From an uncultured Actinomycetota bacterium (GTDB taxonomy: Bacteria > Actinomycetota > Actinomycetes > Actinomycetales > Microbacteriaceae), in the NCBI GenBank assembly GCA_963779775.1, contig CAVZZQ010000004.1, positions 26,708 to 90,707 on the forward strand: a stretch of DNA of 64,000 nt, read 5' to 3'. Position 1 is the first letter of the stretch. Each line of letters starts with the position of its first letter. The notes under the pieces are model-generated. The model worked only from the letters and a program-made list of their open reading frames with translations, made no database searches and was not told the origin of the DNA. A program made the position numbers and the translations under genes. Positions 1 through 9,428 of the stretch are shown here, piece after piece.

Positions 1-456
1 CGGCCCGTCGGACCCGACGACCGCGAGGCCTGGCGGGCGCTGTTCATCGCATACGGCGTCTTCTACGAGACCGAGTTCTCGCCGGCAGTGCTCGACGGCG
101 TCTGGACCTGGCTGATGGATGATGCTCACGAGATCTCAGGGCTGGTGGCCGAGTTCGATCCCGATGACTCTGACGATGCCGACGGCCCGGAACTGGTCGG
201 ATTCGCGCACCTGCGCCGCCTGCATGACACCTTCACAGCCGGGCCGGCCTGGTTTCTCGACGACCTCTACGTCGCTCAGGAGCACCGCGGAGCGGGAGTC
301 GCCCGCGCGCTCATTGCGGCATGCGAGACCACGGCCCGCGCCGGCGGAGGGGGCACGCTGCGATGGATCACCGCATCCGACAACGCCACCGCGCAACGGC
401 TCTACGACACGGTCGCGACTCGCACCACCTGGGTGACATACGAGAAGGAGACCTGA
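1..456 (+). CDS. GNAT family N-acetyltransferase (5' end outside window)
   Basis: Frame open from base 1 (RPVGPDDREAWRALF...); acetyl-CoA motif LDDLYVAQEHRGAGVARALI and NATAQRLYD. Confidence 0.9.
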   Translation, partial: RPVGPDDREAWRALFIAYGVFYETEFSPAVLDGVWTWLMDDAHEISGLVAEFDPDDSDDADGPELVGFAHLRRLHDTFTAGPAWFLDDLYVAQEHRGAGVARALIAACETTARAGGGGTLRWITASDNATAQRLYDTVATRTTWVTYEKET

Positions 457-725
457 TGCAACTCGGAACCCGATGGAGTGTCGGAGACGAGCCGCCATCG
501 AGCCTTCCCCCGGTGATGGTCGGCGCGATCGCCGACGTGGAGCGCGAGCTCGAGGACGGCGCCGCAGAAGGGGTCGATCCGAGCAACTGGCGCTGGACGC
601 TGACCTGGCTCGAGGGCCGGGCCGTGGTGGAGCTCGATGATGGAACCACCTTGCGCCACGAACCCGCCACCGACACGGTGATCCGCGAGGACCCATGGCG
701 GGACGGCGTCGACACGCGCCGCTAG
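456..725 (+). CDS. Small acidic hypothetical protein (MQLGTRW...WTLTWLEGR)
   Basis: ATG overlaps the GNAT stop (TGATG) with GAAGGAG upstream; GC-rich third codon positions. Confidence 0.75.
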   Translation: MQLGTRWSVGDEPPSSLPPVMVGAIADVERELEDGAAEGVDPSNWRWTLTWLEGRAVVELDDGTTLRHEPATDTVIREDPWRDGVDTRR

Positions 726-746
726 TCGCTCGACCTGCGCCCGGGG

Positions 747-974
747 CTAACCGAGCCGAACGTGCTTGACCATGCGCGCAAAGTCGGTGGCGGCGCTGTC
801 GTGATGAGTTTCGCGCATCAGAACGAGCCGCTCATGTGCCGTGAGCCGGCGCTCCGCGCTTCGCTCCGACCAGCGCAGCATGCTCACCGCGAGGTGGGAG
901 ATCAGGAGTTCGAGGCCCCTCTGACCAGCGCTGCCACGGCTGGACTGAATCGGAAATGCCGTGCTAGTCATCAT
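747..974 (-). CDS. Small hypothetical protein (75 aa)
   Basis: ATG preceded by GAGGTGA; lies downstream of the ArsR-family gene on the same strand. Confidence 0.55.
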   Translation of the reverse strand: MMTSTAFPIQSSRGSAGQRGLELLISHLAVSMLRWSERSAERRLTAHERLVLMRETHHDSAATDFARMVKHVRLG

Positions 975-1057
975 CGCTCTCACCTCGTTCTTGGTACTGA
1001 AATTACGGTCGGCCACCGACATCGGCGGCTGCATCAGATGGCGGATTCTTGGTCGGT

Positions 1058-1675
1058 TCACGAGGCATCCACCGTTCCCGAACGCACCCCGGCATCGACG
1101 ACGGGGAACAGGTTGAGCTGCAGCTCGACCGGACGCACGTCCGGTCCGGTCTGGCCGCGGAAGCGCTCCTTGTAACGCTCCGCTACCTGGTTCAACTCCC
1201 GGTCGAGCGCGGCCAATTGCCTGCTCGTCAGCTGCATGCTCATCGCCGTCAAGCCGCTCGCCGCGAGCCACTCCTGCGGAAGCAACCGCTCGCCTCGCGC
1301 CATGAAGTCGTCGAGCAGGCGGCGGCGGGTGCGCGACCATTCCGCCAGGATCAGCTCGCCCGCGGCGCGGTCCGCGCTGTCTTCTGCCAGACCGGCGATA
1401 TCGACAGCGACCGGACCGGGCACCCGCTCCCACCAGCGTTCGCGTGCACTGCCCCGAGCCGGATCGTCACGGACGAAGCCGCTCTTCTCCAGCTGCCGCA
1501 AGTGATAGCTGGTGGCGCCGCTGGACTCCCCCAGCCGTTCGGCCAGCGCGCTCGCGGTTGCCGGTCCGTAAGTGGACAGTGCCTCGAGCAGTTGAACCCG
1601 CAGCGGGTGGGCCAGAGCCTTCAGACGCGCGCCGGCCAGCGGCCGGTGCAGCGGTTCGATGCTGACGTCATCCAT
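1058..1675 (-). CDS. ArsR/SmtB-like winged HTH regulator
   Basis: LKALAHPLRVQLL...ATASALAERLGESSGATSYHLRQL...RERWW. Confidence 0.9.
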   Translation of the reverse strand: MDDVSIEPLHRPLAGARLKALAHPLRVQLLEALSTYGPATASALAERLGESSGATSYHLRQLEKSGFVRDDPARGSARERWWERVPGPVAVDIAGLAEDSADRAAGELILAEWSRTRRRLLDDFMARGERLLPQEWLAASGLTAMSMQLTSRQLAALDRELNQVAERYKERFRGQTGPDVRPVELQLNLFPVVDAGVRSGTVDAS

Positions 1676-1691
1676 GTATCCAAAGATAGCA

Positions 1692-1738
1692 TTGCAAACC
1701 GTTCTTTGCATAGGTTCTTTTGCAACGGTGTCTTTGCA
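1692..1738. promoter_or_regulatory. Operator array: TTGCA repeated four times at 14-bp period
   Basis: TGCA at 1693, 1707, 1721, 1735; first unit TGCAAA-N6-TTTGCA is palindromic; lies between the divergent regulator and dcp. Confidence 0.65.
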
Positions 1739-1758
1739 TGTCGTCGTAGGCTGGAGCC

Positions 1759-3846
1759 ATGGCCTCCTCCGACAACCCTTTCTTCACACCGAGCGCACTT
1801 CCCTTCGGGCTGCCGCCCTTCGCCGAGATCCGTGACGAGCACTACGAACCGGCATTCGAGAAGGGCATGAGCGATCAACTCTCCGAGGTGCAGGCAATCG
1901 TTCGCACGCGCGATATGCCGACCTTCGAGAACACCTTCGTCTCGCTCGAGCAGAGCGGACAGTTGCTCGAGCGCGTCGCCAACGTGTTCTTCAACAAGAG
2001 TTCGGCCGACTCCGACGACTTCACCAACGAGCTCGAGCAGAAGATCGCGCCGAAGCTCGCGGCACACCACGACGCGATCCTGCTCGATTCTCAGCTGTAC
2101 GGGCGGGTCACCACCGTGCACGACCAGTTGGAGCAGAACGCCGAGCTGACCGCCGAGCAGAAGTACCTCGTGCACCGCTGGCACACCGAGATGACGCTCG
2201 CCGGCGCGGGGCTCGACGATGCTCAGAAGGAGAAGCTCAAGGAGTACAACCAGCAGCTCTCGGTGCTCACCACCAAGTTCGAGAAGAACCTGCTGAGCGA
2301 CACCAACGAGCTGGCGGTCGTGATCGACGATGTCGCCGACCTCGACGGGCTTGAGGCGGGTGAGATCAGCGCGGCCGCGCAGGCGGCATCCGAGCGGGGG
2401 CTTCCCGAGGGGACATACCTGGTGACACTCGTCTTGCCAACGGGGCACCCGTTCCTGGCCTCGCTGACGGATCGCAGCATCCGTCAGCGCATCATGGAGG
2501 CCTCGCAGGCGCGAGGCAACCACGGCGGCGAGTTCGACAACAACTCGGTGCTGCTCGAGATCGTGAGACTGCGCGCCGAGCGGGCGGCACTGCTCGGGTT
2601 CGCGAACCACGCGGCCTTCGTGCTGGCCGACTCGACCGCGAAGACCCCGGATGCTGTGGCCGCCATGCTCGGCCGGCTCGCACCTCCGGCCGCCCGCAAC
2701 GCCAAGACGGAACAGAGGGACCTGGAGGTGCTCACCGAGGAGCAGCTCGATGACGACGACTCGACCGCCACCGCGAGCAGCGAGGGTGTGAAGAGCTGGG
2801 ACTGGTCGTTCTGGACCGAGAAGGTGCGGCAGCAGAAGTACGACGTCGACACCGCGGCCCTGCGCCCCTGGTTCGAGGCCGAGCGCGTGCTGCAGGACGG
2901 CATCTTCTTCGCCGCGAACCAGCTCTACGGCATCACCTTCACCGAGCGGAAGGACCTGATCGGATACCACCCCGATGTGCGCGTCTTCGAGGTGCGCAAT
3001 GAGGACGGCAGCGAACTCGGGCTCTACCTGCTCGACTTGTACACGCGCGATTCCAAGCGCGGCGGCGCGTGGATGAACGAGCTGTTCGCACAGGCGGATC
3101 TGCTCGGTCACGAGACCTCGATCGTCGTGAACAACCTCAACGTGCCCAAGCCGGCAGCCGGATCGCCGACCCTGCTCACCTTCGACGAGACGTCGACCTT
3201 CTTCCACGAGTTCGGGCACGCGCTGCACGGACTGTTCGCGCACGTCACCTACCCGAAGCTGGCCGGTACCAATGTGTTCCGCGACTTCGTCGAGTTCCCC
3301 AGCCAGGTCAATGAGATGTGGATGCTGTGGCCCGAGGTACTCGCGAATTACGCCAAGCACTACCAGACCGGTGCCCCGCTCGACCAGGGCATCGTCGACC
3401 GCCTGCACGAGTCGGAGCAGTTCAACGAGGGCTTCGCCACCAGCGAGTACCTCGGCGCGGCGCTGCTCGATCAGGCGTGGCACACCCTCACCGCCGAGGC
3501 CGCGAAGAAGGTCGAGGACGTACAGGGCTTCGAGGCCGATGCCCTCACGGCGGCTGGCCTCGACAACCCGGTCGTGCCTCCGCGCTACCGCAGCACCTAC
3601 TTCGCCCACGTGTTCTCGGGCGGTTACGACGCCGGTTACTACTCCTACATCTGGAGCGAGGTGCTCGACGCCGACACGGTCGACTGGTTCAAGGCGAACG
3701 GCGGGCTGACGCGCGCCAACGGCGACCGGTTCCGCGCCAAGCTGCTGGGCGTCGGCGGGTCGAAGGATCCGATCGAGGCCTACGTCGACTTCCGAGGCAA
3801 GGTCGCCGAGATCGGGCCGCTGCTCACGCGCCGCGGCCTGGAGTGA
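1759..3846 (+). CDS. dcp: M3 family peptidyl-dipeptidase Dcp
   Basis: FHEFGHALH zinc motif, RDSKRGGAWM, DFVEFPSQVNE, YDAGYYSYIWSE. Confidence 0.93.
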   Translation: MASSDNPFFTPSALPFGLPPFAEIRDEHYEPAFEKGMSDQLSEVQAIVRTRDMPTFENTFVSLEQSGQLLERVANVFFNKSSADSDDFTNELEQKIAPKLAAHHDAILLDSQLYGRVTTVHDQLEQNAELTAEQKYLVHRWHTEMTLAGAGLDDAQKEKLKEYNQQLSVLTTKFEKNLLSDTNELAVVIDDVADLDGLEAGEISAAAQAASERGLPEGTYLVTLVLPTGHPFLASLTDRSIRQRIMEASQARGNHGGEFDNNSVLLEIVRLRAERAALLGFANHAAFVLADSTAKTPDAVAAMLGRLAPPAARNAKTEQRDLEVLTEEQLDDDDSTATASSEGVKSWDWSFWTEKVRQQKYDVDTAALRPWFEAERVLQDGIFFAANQLYGITFTERKDLIGYHPDVRVFEVRNEDGSELGLYLLDLYTRDSKRGGAWMNELFAQADLLGHETSIVVNNLNVPKPAAGSPTLLTFDETSTFFHEFGHALHGLFAHVTYPKLAGTNVFRDFVEFPSQVNEMWMLWPEVLANYAKHYQTGAPLDQGIVDRLHESEQFNEGFATSEYLGAALLDQAWHTLTAEAAKKVEDVQGFEADALTAAGLDNPVVPPRYRSTYFAHVFSGGYDAGYYSYIWSEVLDADTVDWFKANGGLTRANGDRFRAKLLGVGGSKDPIEAYVDFRGKVAEIGPLLTRRGLE

Positions 3847-4672
3847 CGCCGGCAGCGACCTGCGCCCGGAAGATCGCCAGGACCCGCGGGTCGACCCAGG
3901 AGACGTCTTCGGCCACCCGCATCTCGTAGTTCTCGGTGCCGACCCAGGCGGCGAAGTCCCGTGACCCCATCGCCAGCGCGCCACCATCGAGTTCGATGCG
4001 GAGTTCGGGTGTCACCGGAATCCGCTCCTCCTCGGTCGACGCCGTCAGGTAGAGGTCGTTGAGCTCGAGCAGGCGAGCCAGCTCCCCCACCGGTGCCGGA
4101 TGGTCATCGACGCGCAGGTCGACAGCCGTGTCGTCGAAACCGCCGTACCCAGCGCCCGCGCGCACCACGTAGAGCGCGGCCGATTGGCGCCCGCGCGAGT
4201 CGCCTCCCGCCGCGTCGCCCGCAGCCAGCGCGGTGAGCAGTCGTCGGCCGAGGGGCTCGTCCGGCTCCGAGCCGAGCCACGCGGCCTCCATCTCGTACAG
4301 CACCTCGGGCCCGGTCAGAATGTTGCCCTGCAGCGCATAACCGTCCCCGGCGATGCCACCCGCCCAGGCCAGGCATCCGGACCCGGTGAAGGTCGCCGCC
4401 CGACCCTCGGCGTCGACGATGCCGGCCTGACGATCCTCCCGACCCTCATCGCCTCCCAGCAAACGCTGGAGCGTCTCCTCGGCGGTCGCACCTGCCGCCA
4501 GCATGGCGAGGCCGTCCCGTTTGTATGCGACGTTCGCCGCGGCCTGGGTGGCGAGGGCGCCGACCCCGGCCGCCGCCGCGGGAACGGCCGAACCGACCGC
4601 CAAGAACTTGGAGGCGACGGCCACGCCCCACGACAAGCCATCGGCGGAGCGCGCCACGATCGAGAACGTCAT
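3824..4672 (-). CDS. DUF1028 family (Ntn-hydrolase-like) protein
   Basis: N-terminal MTFSIVA, GVAVASKFLAVG, GGDSRGRQSAAL, DLRVDDHPAPV. Confidence 0.9.
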   Translation of the reverse strand: MTFSIVARSADGLSWGVAVASKFLAVGSAVPAAAAGVGALATQAAANVAYKRDGLAMLAAGATAEETLQRLLGGDEGREDRQAGIVDAEGRAATFTGSGCLAWAGGIAGDGYALQGNILTGPEVLYEMEAAWLGSEPDEPLGRRLLTALAAGDAAGGDSRGRQSAALYVVRAGAGYGGFDDTAVDLRVDDHPAPVGELARLLELNDLYLTASTEEERIPVTPELRIELDGGALAMGSRDFAAWVGTENYEMRVAEDVSWVDPRVLAIFRAQVAAGVTPGRGA

Positions 4673-4721
4673 ACGCCGAACCTATCGCCGCAGGACGGTC
4701 CCGGCGCCGGTTTCGACAGCC

Positions 4722-5720
4722 TCACCCGGCGAGGGCACGGAGAGTGCCCAGGCGCACGTCGAGCGTCGGACCCTGCGGCACGACGATGACCTCGTCGGCG
4801 AGGGTCGACGCGACCAGGGCATCGATCCGCTCCCGGACCTGGGAAGGAGTCCCGATGGCCTGATGCCGCAATCGGTCGTCGACGAAGGCGTTCTCGCCGT
4901 CGGTCCAGGGATGCGCCAGCGACTCCTCCAGCGACGGAACCCGGGTCGGGTGGCCGCTTCGCAGCCGGATCAGCTGCAACGCCTGCGGGAGAGCGAGTTC
5001 GCGCGCGTGATCCGTGGAGCCTGCGACCAGGGCGGAGACGGCGACCATCGAATGCGGCTCGCCGAGCACCACCGACGGGGTGAACGCATCGCGGTACAGG
5101 TCGAACGCGAGCGGGGTGGTGTCTCCGCCCGCGAAATGGTGGGCGAAGGCGAACGGGAGCCCCATCATCCCGGCCAGGCGCGCACTGAAGTCGCTCGAGC
5201 CGAGCAGCCACAGCTCGGGGGAATCCCCCATGCCGGGCACGGCCATGATGCGCGAGCCCTGGCCGCCCTCGAGAGCGGGGATGGTGCCGAAATAGGCGAG
5301 CAGCTCGATGACCTGTTGCGGGAAGTCATCCACGGTCTCGATGCCGGCATGGCGGCGGATGGTGGCGCTCACCAGCGGGTCGGTGCCCGCGGCACGCCCG
5401 AGCCCGAGGTCGATCCGGTCGCCGTGGAGCGCCACGAGCGTGCCGAACTGCTCCGCCACGACCAGGCTCGAGTGGTTCGGCAGCATGACGCCACCCGATC
5501 CCACCCGGATCCGCTCCGTCGCGTCGGCGATGGCGCCGATCAGCACCGGCGGCGACGAGCTGGCGATGCCGGGCATGCCGTGATGTTCGGCCACCCAGAA
5601 GCGGCGGTAGCCGAGGGAGTCGGCCTCCCGCGCGACTGTCAGTGTCTCGGCGAGCGCCTCGGCGTGCGAGCCCCCTTCGCGGACGGAGGCCAGGTCGAGC
5701 ACGGAAAGCGGAACGGTCAC
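4722..5720 (-). CDS. LLM-class flavin-dependent oxidoreductase (luciferase-like)
   Basis: [36 protein letters not shown]. Confidence 0.92.
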   Translation of the reverse strand: MTVPLSVLDLASVREGGSHAEALAETLTVAREADSLGYRRFWVAEHHGMPGIASSSPPVLIGAIADATERIRVGSGGVMLPNHSSLVVAEQFGTLVALHGDRIDLGLGRAAGTDPLVSATIRRHAGIETVDDFPQQVIELLAYFGTIPALEGGQGSRIMAVPGMGDSPELWLLGSSDFSARLAGMMGLPFAFAHHFAGGDTTPLAFDLYRDAFTPSVVLGEPHSMVAVSALVAGSTDHARELALPQALQLIRLRSGHPTRVPSLEESLAHPWTDGENAFVDDRLRHQAIGTPSQVRERIDALVASTLADEVIVVPQGPTLDVRLGTLRALAG

Positions 5721-5807
5721 TCACGGAGTAACGGGCCCGAGCAGCAGACGATTCCCGAACTCAGCCGAGCACTGCTGCGAGAAAACGGCCGCGCTAACAT
5801 CGACGCG

Positions 5808-6866
5808 ATGGCTTCCTCCCTGCTCGAAAGATTCGATCCGCGGCGTAATTCGCTCAACGCGCTTCGCCTCCTGCTCGCCGCTCTGGTGATCGTCTCGCAC
5901 TCCTGGCCCCTGTCGGACCACAACCCCGAGCCGGAATGGGGCGGCGCCAACCTCGGCACCTGGGCGGTCTTCGGGTTCTTCGCGATCTCGGGCTTCCTGA
6001 TCACCCGCAGCCGCATGAGCGGGCGCTCGACCTTCGACTTCTACCGCGCCCGCGTGTTGCGCATCTTCCCGGCATTCATCGTTGCGCTGCTCGTCGTGGC
6101 CGTGGGGTTCGCTCCTCTCTCGCAGCTGTTCGATCCGGATGCCGTCTGGCACCCCATCAGCTCGGTTACCTTCGTGCTCCGCAACCTGCTCCTCTACCCG
6201 CCCCTGCTCGGTCAGCCCGGGATCGTGCATACCCTGAGCGGCACGCCATTCCCCGGCATCTGGGACGGCTCGCTGTGGACCCTGTTCTGGGAGGCCTGCT
6301 GCTACGTCGCGATCGGCATCGCCGTAAGCGTGCTTCCGCGCAGGCGGGTCCCGTTGCTCGTCATCGGGTTGTTCGGCATCCTGACCCTGGTGTCGCTCGC
6401 GGGCGCGTTCGGGATCGTTGCGCTCCCCGAACTGGCGGCGCGAGTCATCCCGATGCTGATCGCGTTCGCCGCAGGCTCGCTGCTCTTCCTCTTCGGTGAC
6501 CGGGTGCGCGCGAATCTGCTGACCGCAGCCATCGCGGTGGGAGCGCTGATCGTCGCAGGGGCGGTCGGCCTGGTCCCGCAGCTGGGCGCACTGCCCCTCG
6601 CCTTCCTGCTGCTGACCCTGGGCAACGTTCTTCCGCTGCACAGGGTGGGCAGGTCGTTCGACATCTCCTACGGCGTCTACATCTACGCCTGGCCGGTTCA
6701 GCAGACGCTCGCGCTGGCCTTCCATCCGCAGCTTCCCGTTGCCCTGTTCATTCTGCTGTCGCTCGTCGGCACGCTGCCGCTGGCCTTCCTGAGCTGCTGG
6801 CTGATCGAGCGGCCCGCGCTGGCCCTGAAGCGCCGACCGGTCGCCGCGGTTCCCGCACCGGCTTAG
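5808..6866 (+). CDS. Acyltransferase family 3 membrane protein (O-acetyltransferase-like)
   Basis: NSLNALRLLLAALVIVSH, FFAISGFLI, RVLRIFP, SLWTL, DISYGVYIYAWP, IERP. Confidence 0.9.
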   Translation: MASSLLERFDPRRNSLNALRLLLAALVIVSHSWPLSDHNPEPEWGGANLGTWAVFGFFAISGFLITRSRMSGRSTFDFYRARVLRIFPAFIVALLVVAVGFAPLSQLFDPDAVWHPISSVTFVLRNLLLYPPLLGQPGIVHTLSGTPFPGIWDGSLWTLFWEACCYVAIGIAVSVLPRRRVPLLVIGLFGILTLVSLAGAFGIVALPELAARVIPMLIAFAAGSLLFLFGDRVRANLLTAAIAVGALIVAGAVGLVPQLGALPLAFLLLTLGNVLPLHRVGRSFDISYGVYIYAWPVQQTLALAFHPQLPVALFILLSLVGTLPLAFLSCWLIERPALALKRRPVAAVPAPA

Positions 6867-8092
6867 CCGGACTCGGTGGCGTCGGCTCCGGGCGGCTCCT
6901 GGGCGCTCGCCGTCTCTGCAGTACGCCGGCGCCCGACCGAGAGCACGAGCATCACGATCGCGCCCACGATGAGTCCCCAGAATGCCGACCCGACATTGAG
7001 GAGTTGGATGCCGGACGCGACCACCAGGAACGTCACCATCGCGACGACCCGGTGCTGCGGGTCCTCCAGGGCGGCGGTTACCGAGCCGATCAGGGCCCCC
7101 AGCAGCGCGAGGCCTGCGACCGCCTCGATCAGGATCGGCGGACTGGCTGCGACGAGGGCGGTGGCGGCTCCGGCCGCCAGGCCGATCAGCAGATAGGCAC
7201 AGCCGGAACTGACGGTGGCGATCCAGCGGCGATCGCGGTCCGGGTGGGCGTCGGGGCCGGCCATCATGGCCGCGGTGATCGCCGACAGGTTGAGCGCGTA
7301 TGCACCGAAGAACGAGCCGATCGTCGTCGCGATTCCTGCTCCCGTCAGCATCGCCCTCGCCGGCGGATGCTCGTAGCCGAAGGTGCGCAGCACCGCAAAA
7401 CCCGGCACGTTCTGCCCCGCCATCGTGACGATGTAGAGCGGGATTCCCAGGCCGACCAGCACGAGCGGATCGAAGCTCGGCACCACGAAGCGGACCGTCG
7501 GCACCAGATGCACCGCCGCGATCTGAGGACCCGAGAGCACGACCGCCACCGCCGTGACGACGACCGCGGCCGCGACCGCCCAGCGCGGGGCGAAGCGGGT
7601 GAGCACGAGCCACACCACGATCGGCGGCAGAGCCAGCAGCGGCAGCTGCACGGCCGCCTGCACGGGAGCCAAGCAGATCGGGAACAGGATGCCGGCCAGC
7701 ATGGCACTGGCGATCGGCCGCGGGATCCGGGTCATGGTGCGCGCCAGCCACGGCCAGAGTCCGGTCGCCAGCAGCAGGACCCCGCAGAGCAGGAAGGCGC
7801 CGACCGCGGCGCGGAAATCTCCCGTCGTCCTGTGAGCTGCGACGAGAAGTGCCGCTCCCGGTGTCGACCACGCGAACGAGAGCGGCATCCGATACCGCAG
7901 GCTCATGGCGATCGCGAGTACGCCCTGGAAGACGCACAGCACGAGCAGCCCGGATGCCGCTTCTGCCTCAGTCGCGCCGACCGCTCGCAGTCCCGAGATC
8001 AAGAGGGCGAAAGAACTCGCGAATCCGGTGATCGAGGCGACGATTCCCGCGATGATCGGGTGGGAGACGGATGCCGGAGGTGCCGTCGTCAC
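6863..8092 (-). CDS. benE: Benzoate/H+ symporter BenE family
   Basis: RMPLSFAWSTPGAA, ASAMLAGIL, VTMAGQNVPG, NLSAITAA; GTG overlaps the upstream MFS stop. Confidence 0.88.
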   Translation of the reverse strand: MTTAPPASVSHPIIAGIVASITGFASSFALLISGLRAVGATEAEAASGLLVLCVFQGVLAIAMSLRYRMPLSFAWSTPGAALLVAAHRTTGDFRAAVGAFLLCGVLLLATGLWPWLARTMTRIPRPIASAMLAGILFPICLAPVQAAVQLPLLALPPIVVWLVLTRFAPRWAVAAAVVVTAVAVVLSGPQIAAVHLVPTVRFVVPSFDPLVLVGLGIPLYIVTMAGQNVPGFAVLRTFGYEHPPARAMLTGAGIATTIGSFFGAYALNLSAITAAMMAGPDAHPDRDRRWIATVSSGCAYLLIGLAAGAATALVAASPPILIEAVAGLALLGALIGSVTAALEDPQHRVVAMVTFLVVASGIQLLNVGSAFWGLIVGAIVMLVLSVGRRRTAETASAQEPPGADATESG

Positions 8093-9414
8093 GCGAGCTC
8101 CGGGCGCAGCCGCGCTGCGCGGAACGCGATCCAGGTGATCCCCAGCGCCGCGGCCAGCATGACTGCCGCGAGGATGATCCAGCCGATCGTTCCCAGGGCG
8201 AGAGCCGTGGCGGCGACCAGAGCGGGCCCGATCGCGGATCCCATCGAGAAGGTGGTGCCGACGAGCCCCTGATAGGCGCCCGCCCGGTGAGGATCGGCGA
8301 GCTCGAAGCTCATCCCCCACATGCTGGCCTGCGAGAGGACTTCGCAGAACGCCCCGGCCGCTGCGCCGACGATCAGGACCGCGCAGGCGGCCACCGCCGG
8401 CAGCCCGTGCGCCGCGGCGTAGACCAGGCACGCCACCACGAAGAGCCCTCCGGCCAGTGCGTTCGCCCACCCCGCCGTGCGCATCCGGTGCGTGTTGCGC
8501 GAGAGCCGCACGGTGAAGGCGATCACGATGGCCGTGTTGGTGATCAGCAGAACCGACAGGATGCTGCGAGGCGCTGCCGTGTTGTGGGCGACCCAGAGCG
8601 GCACACCGACCTCTTCGAGCGAGAACTGCACGGCGAACACGCCGGTCAGCAAGGCGAAGATGAGGTACTGCGGGTTGCGCCACGGCGAAAGTCCCGGACG
8701 ACCGGTCGTGCCCGAGCCCCGGGAGGTCGAACCCACGGCGAGCTGCTCCGACGCCAGCGCGGTGGGATCGATGAGAGGGTCGTCGCCGTCCCTGGCGGGG
8801 TCAGATCGTGAGGTACCCGGCGCATCCACCGAGGCGGGCAACCGTGCCAGGTTCAGTTGTCCGATGAAGTACACGACGCCGGCCGCGACCAGGGTCGTGC
8901 GGAACGCGACCGGGCTTCCGACCGCGAGCGTGATGCCCGAGAAACCCGACCCGACGGAGATGCCGATGTTGGTCAGCGTGCGCAGCACCGCGCGAGTGCG
9001 CACGCGGTTCGGGCCCGTGAAGGCCCGAGCGATGATCGCCGCCCGCGCCGAGTGCCCGATGGCCTCGGCGACGCCGGTGAGACAGGCGACCAGCACCGCG
9101 ACGGCGAACGTGCTGACCAGCGCGTAGCAGATGAGCCCCGCAGCTTCGACGATCACCGCCCCGAGCAGGAGCCGACGGGCGCTCAGCAGATCGGAGAGTT
9201 GGCCGCCGATCAACGAGAACACGATGCCCGTCACGCTCGCGGCGCCGAGGACGATCGCGATCTGCCCGGCTGGCAGGTGCACGACGAAGTTCAGATAGAG
9301 CACCGTGAGGGTCAGGAACACCCCGCGGCCGAGCGTCGCGATGAGGGTCGAGGTGGCCAGGATGCGCATCACCGGGTCGACGGCGCGCACGCGATCGACG
9401 AGGGAGGCGGTCAT
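8089..9414 (-). CDS. MFS transporter (paralog 2)
   Basis: Many hydrophobic segments, GGQLSDLLSARR motif A. Confidence 0.9.
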   Translation of the reverse strand: MTASLVDRVRAVDPVMRILATSTLIATLGRGVFLTLTVLYLNFVVHLPAGQIAIVLGAASVTGIVFSLIGGQLSDLLSARRLLLGAVIVEAAGLICYALVSTFAVAVLVACLTGVAEAIGHSARAAIIARAFTGPNRVRTRAVLRTLTNIGISVGSGFSGITLAVGSPVAFRTTLVAAGVVYFIGQLNLARLPASVDAPGTSRSDPARDGDDPLIDPTALASEQLAVGSTSRGSGTTGRPGLSPWRNPQYLIFALLTGVFAVQFSLEEVGVPLWVAHNTAAPRSILSVLLITNTAIVIAFTVRLSRNTHRMRTAGWANALAGGLFVVACLVYAAAHGLPAVAACAVLIVGAAAGAFCEVLSQASMWGMSFELADPHRAGAYQGLVGTTFSMGSAIGPALVAATALALGTIGWIILAAVMLAAALGITWIAFRAARLRPELA

Positions 9415-9428
9415 CAGCTCAGTCTCCC

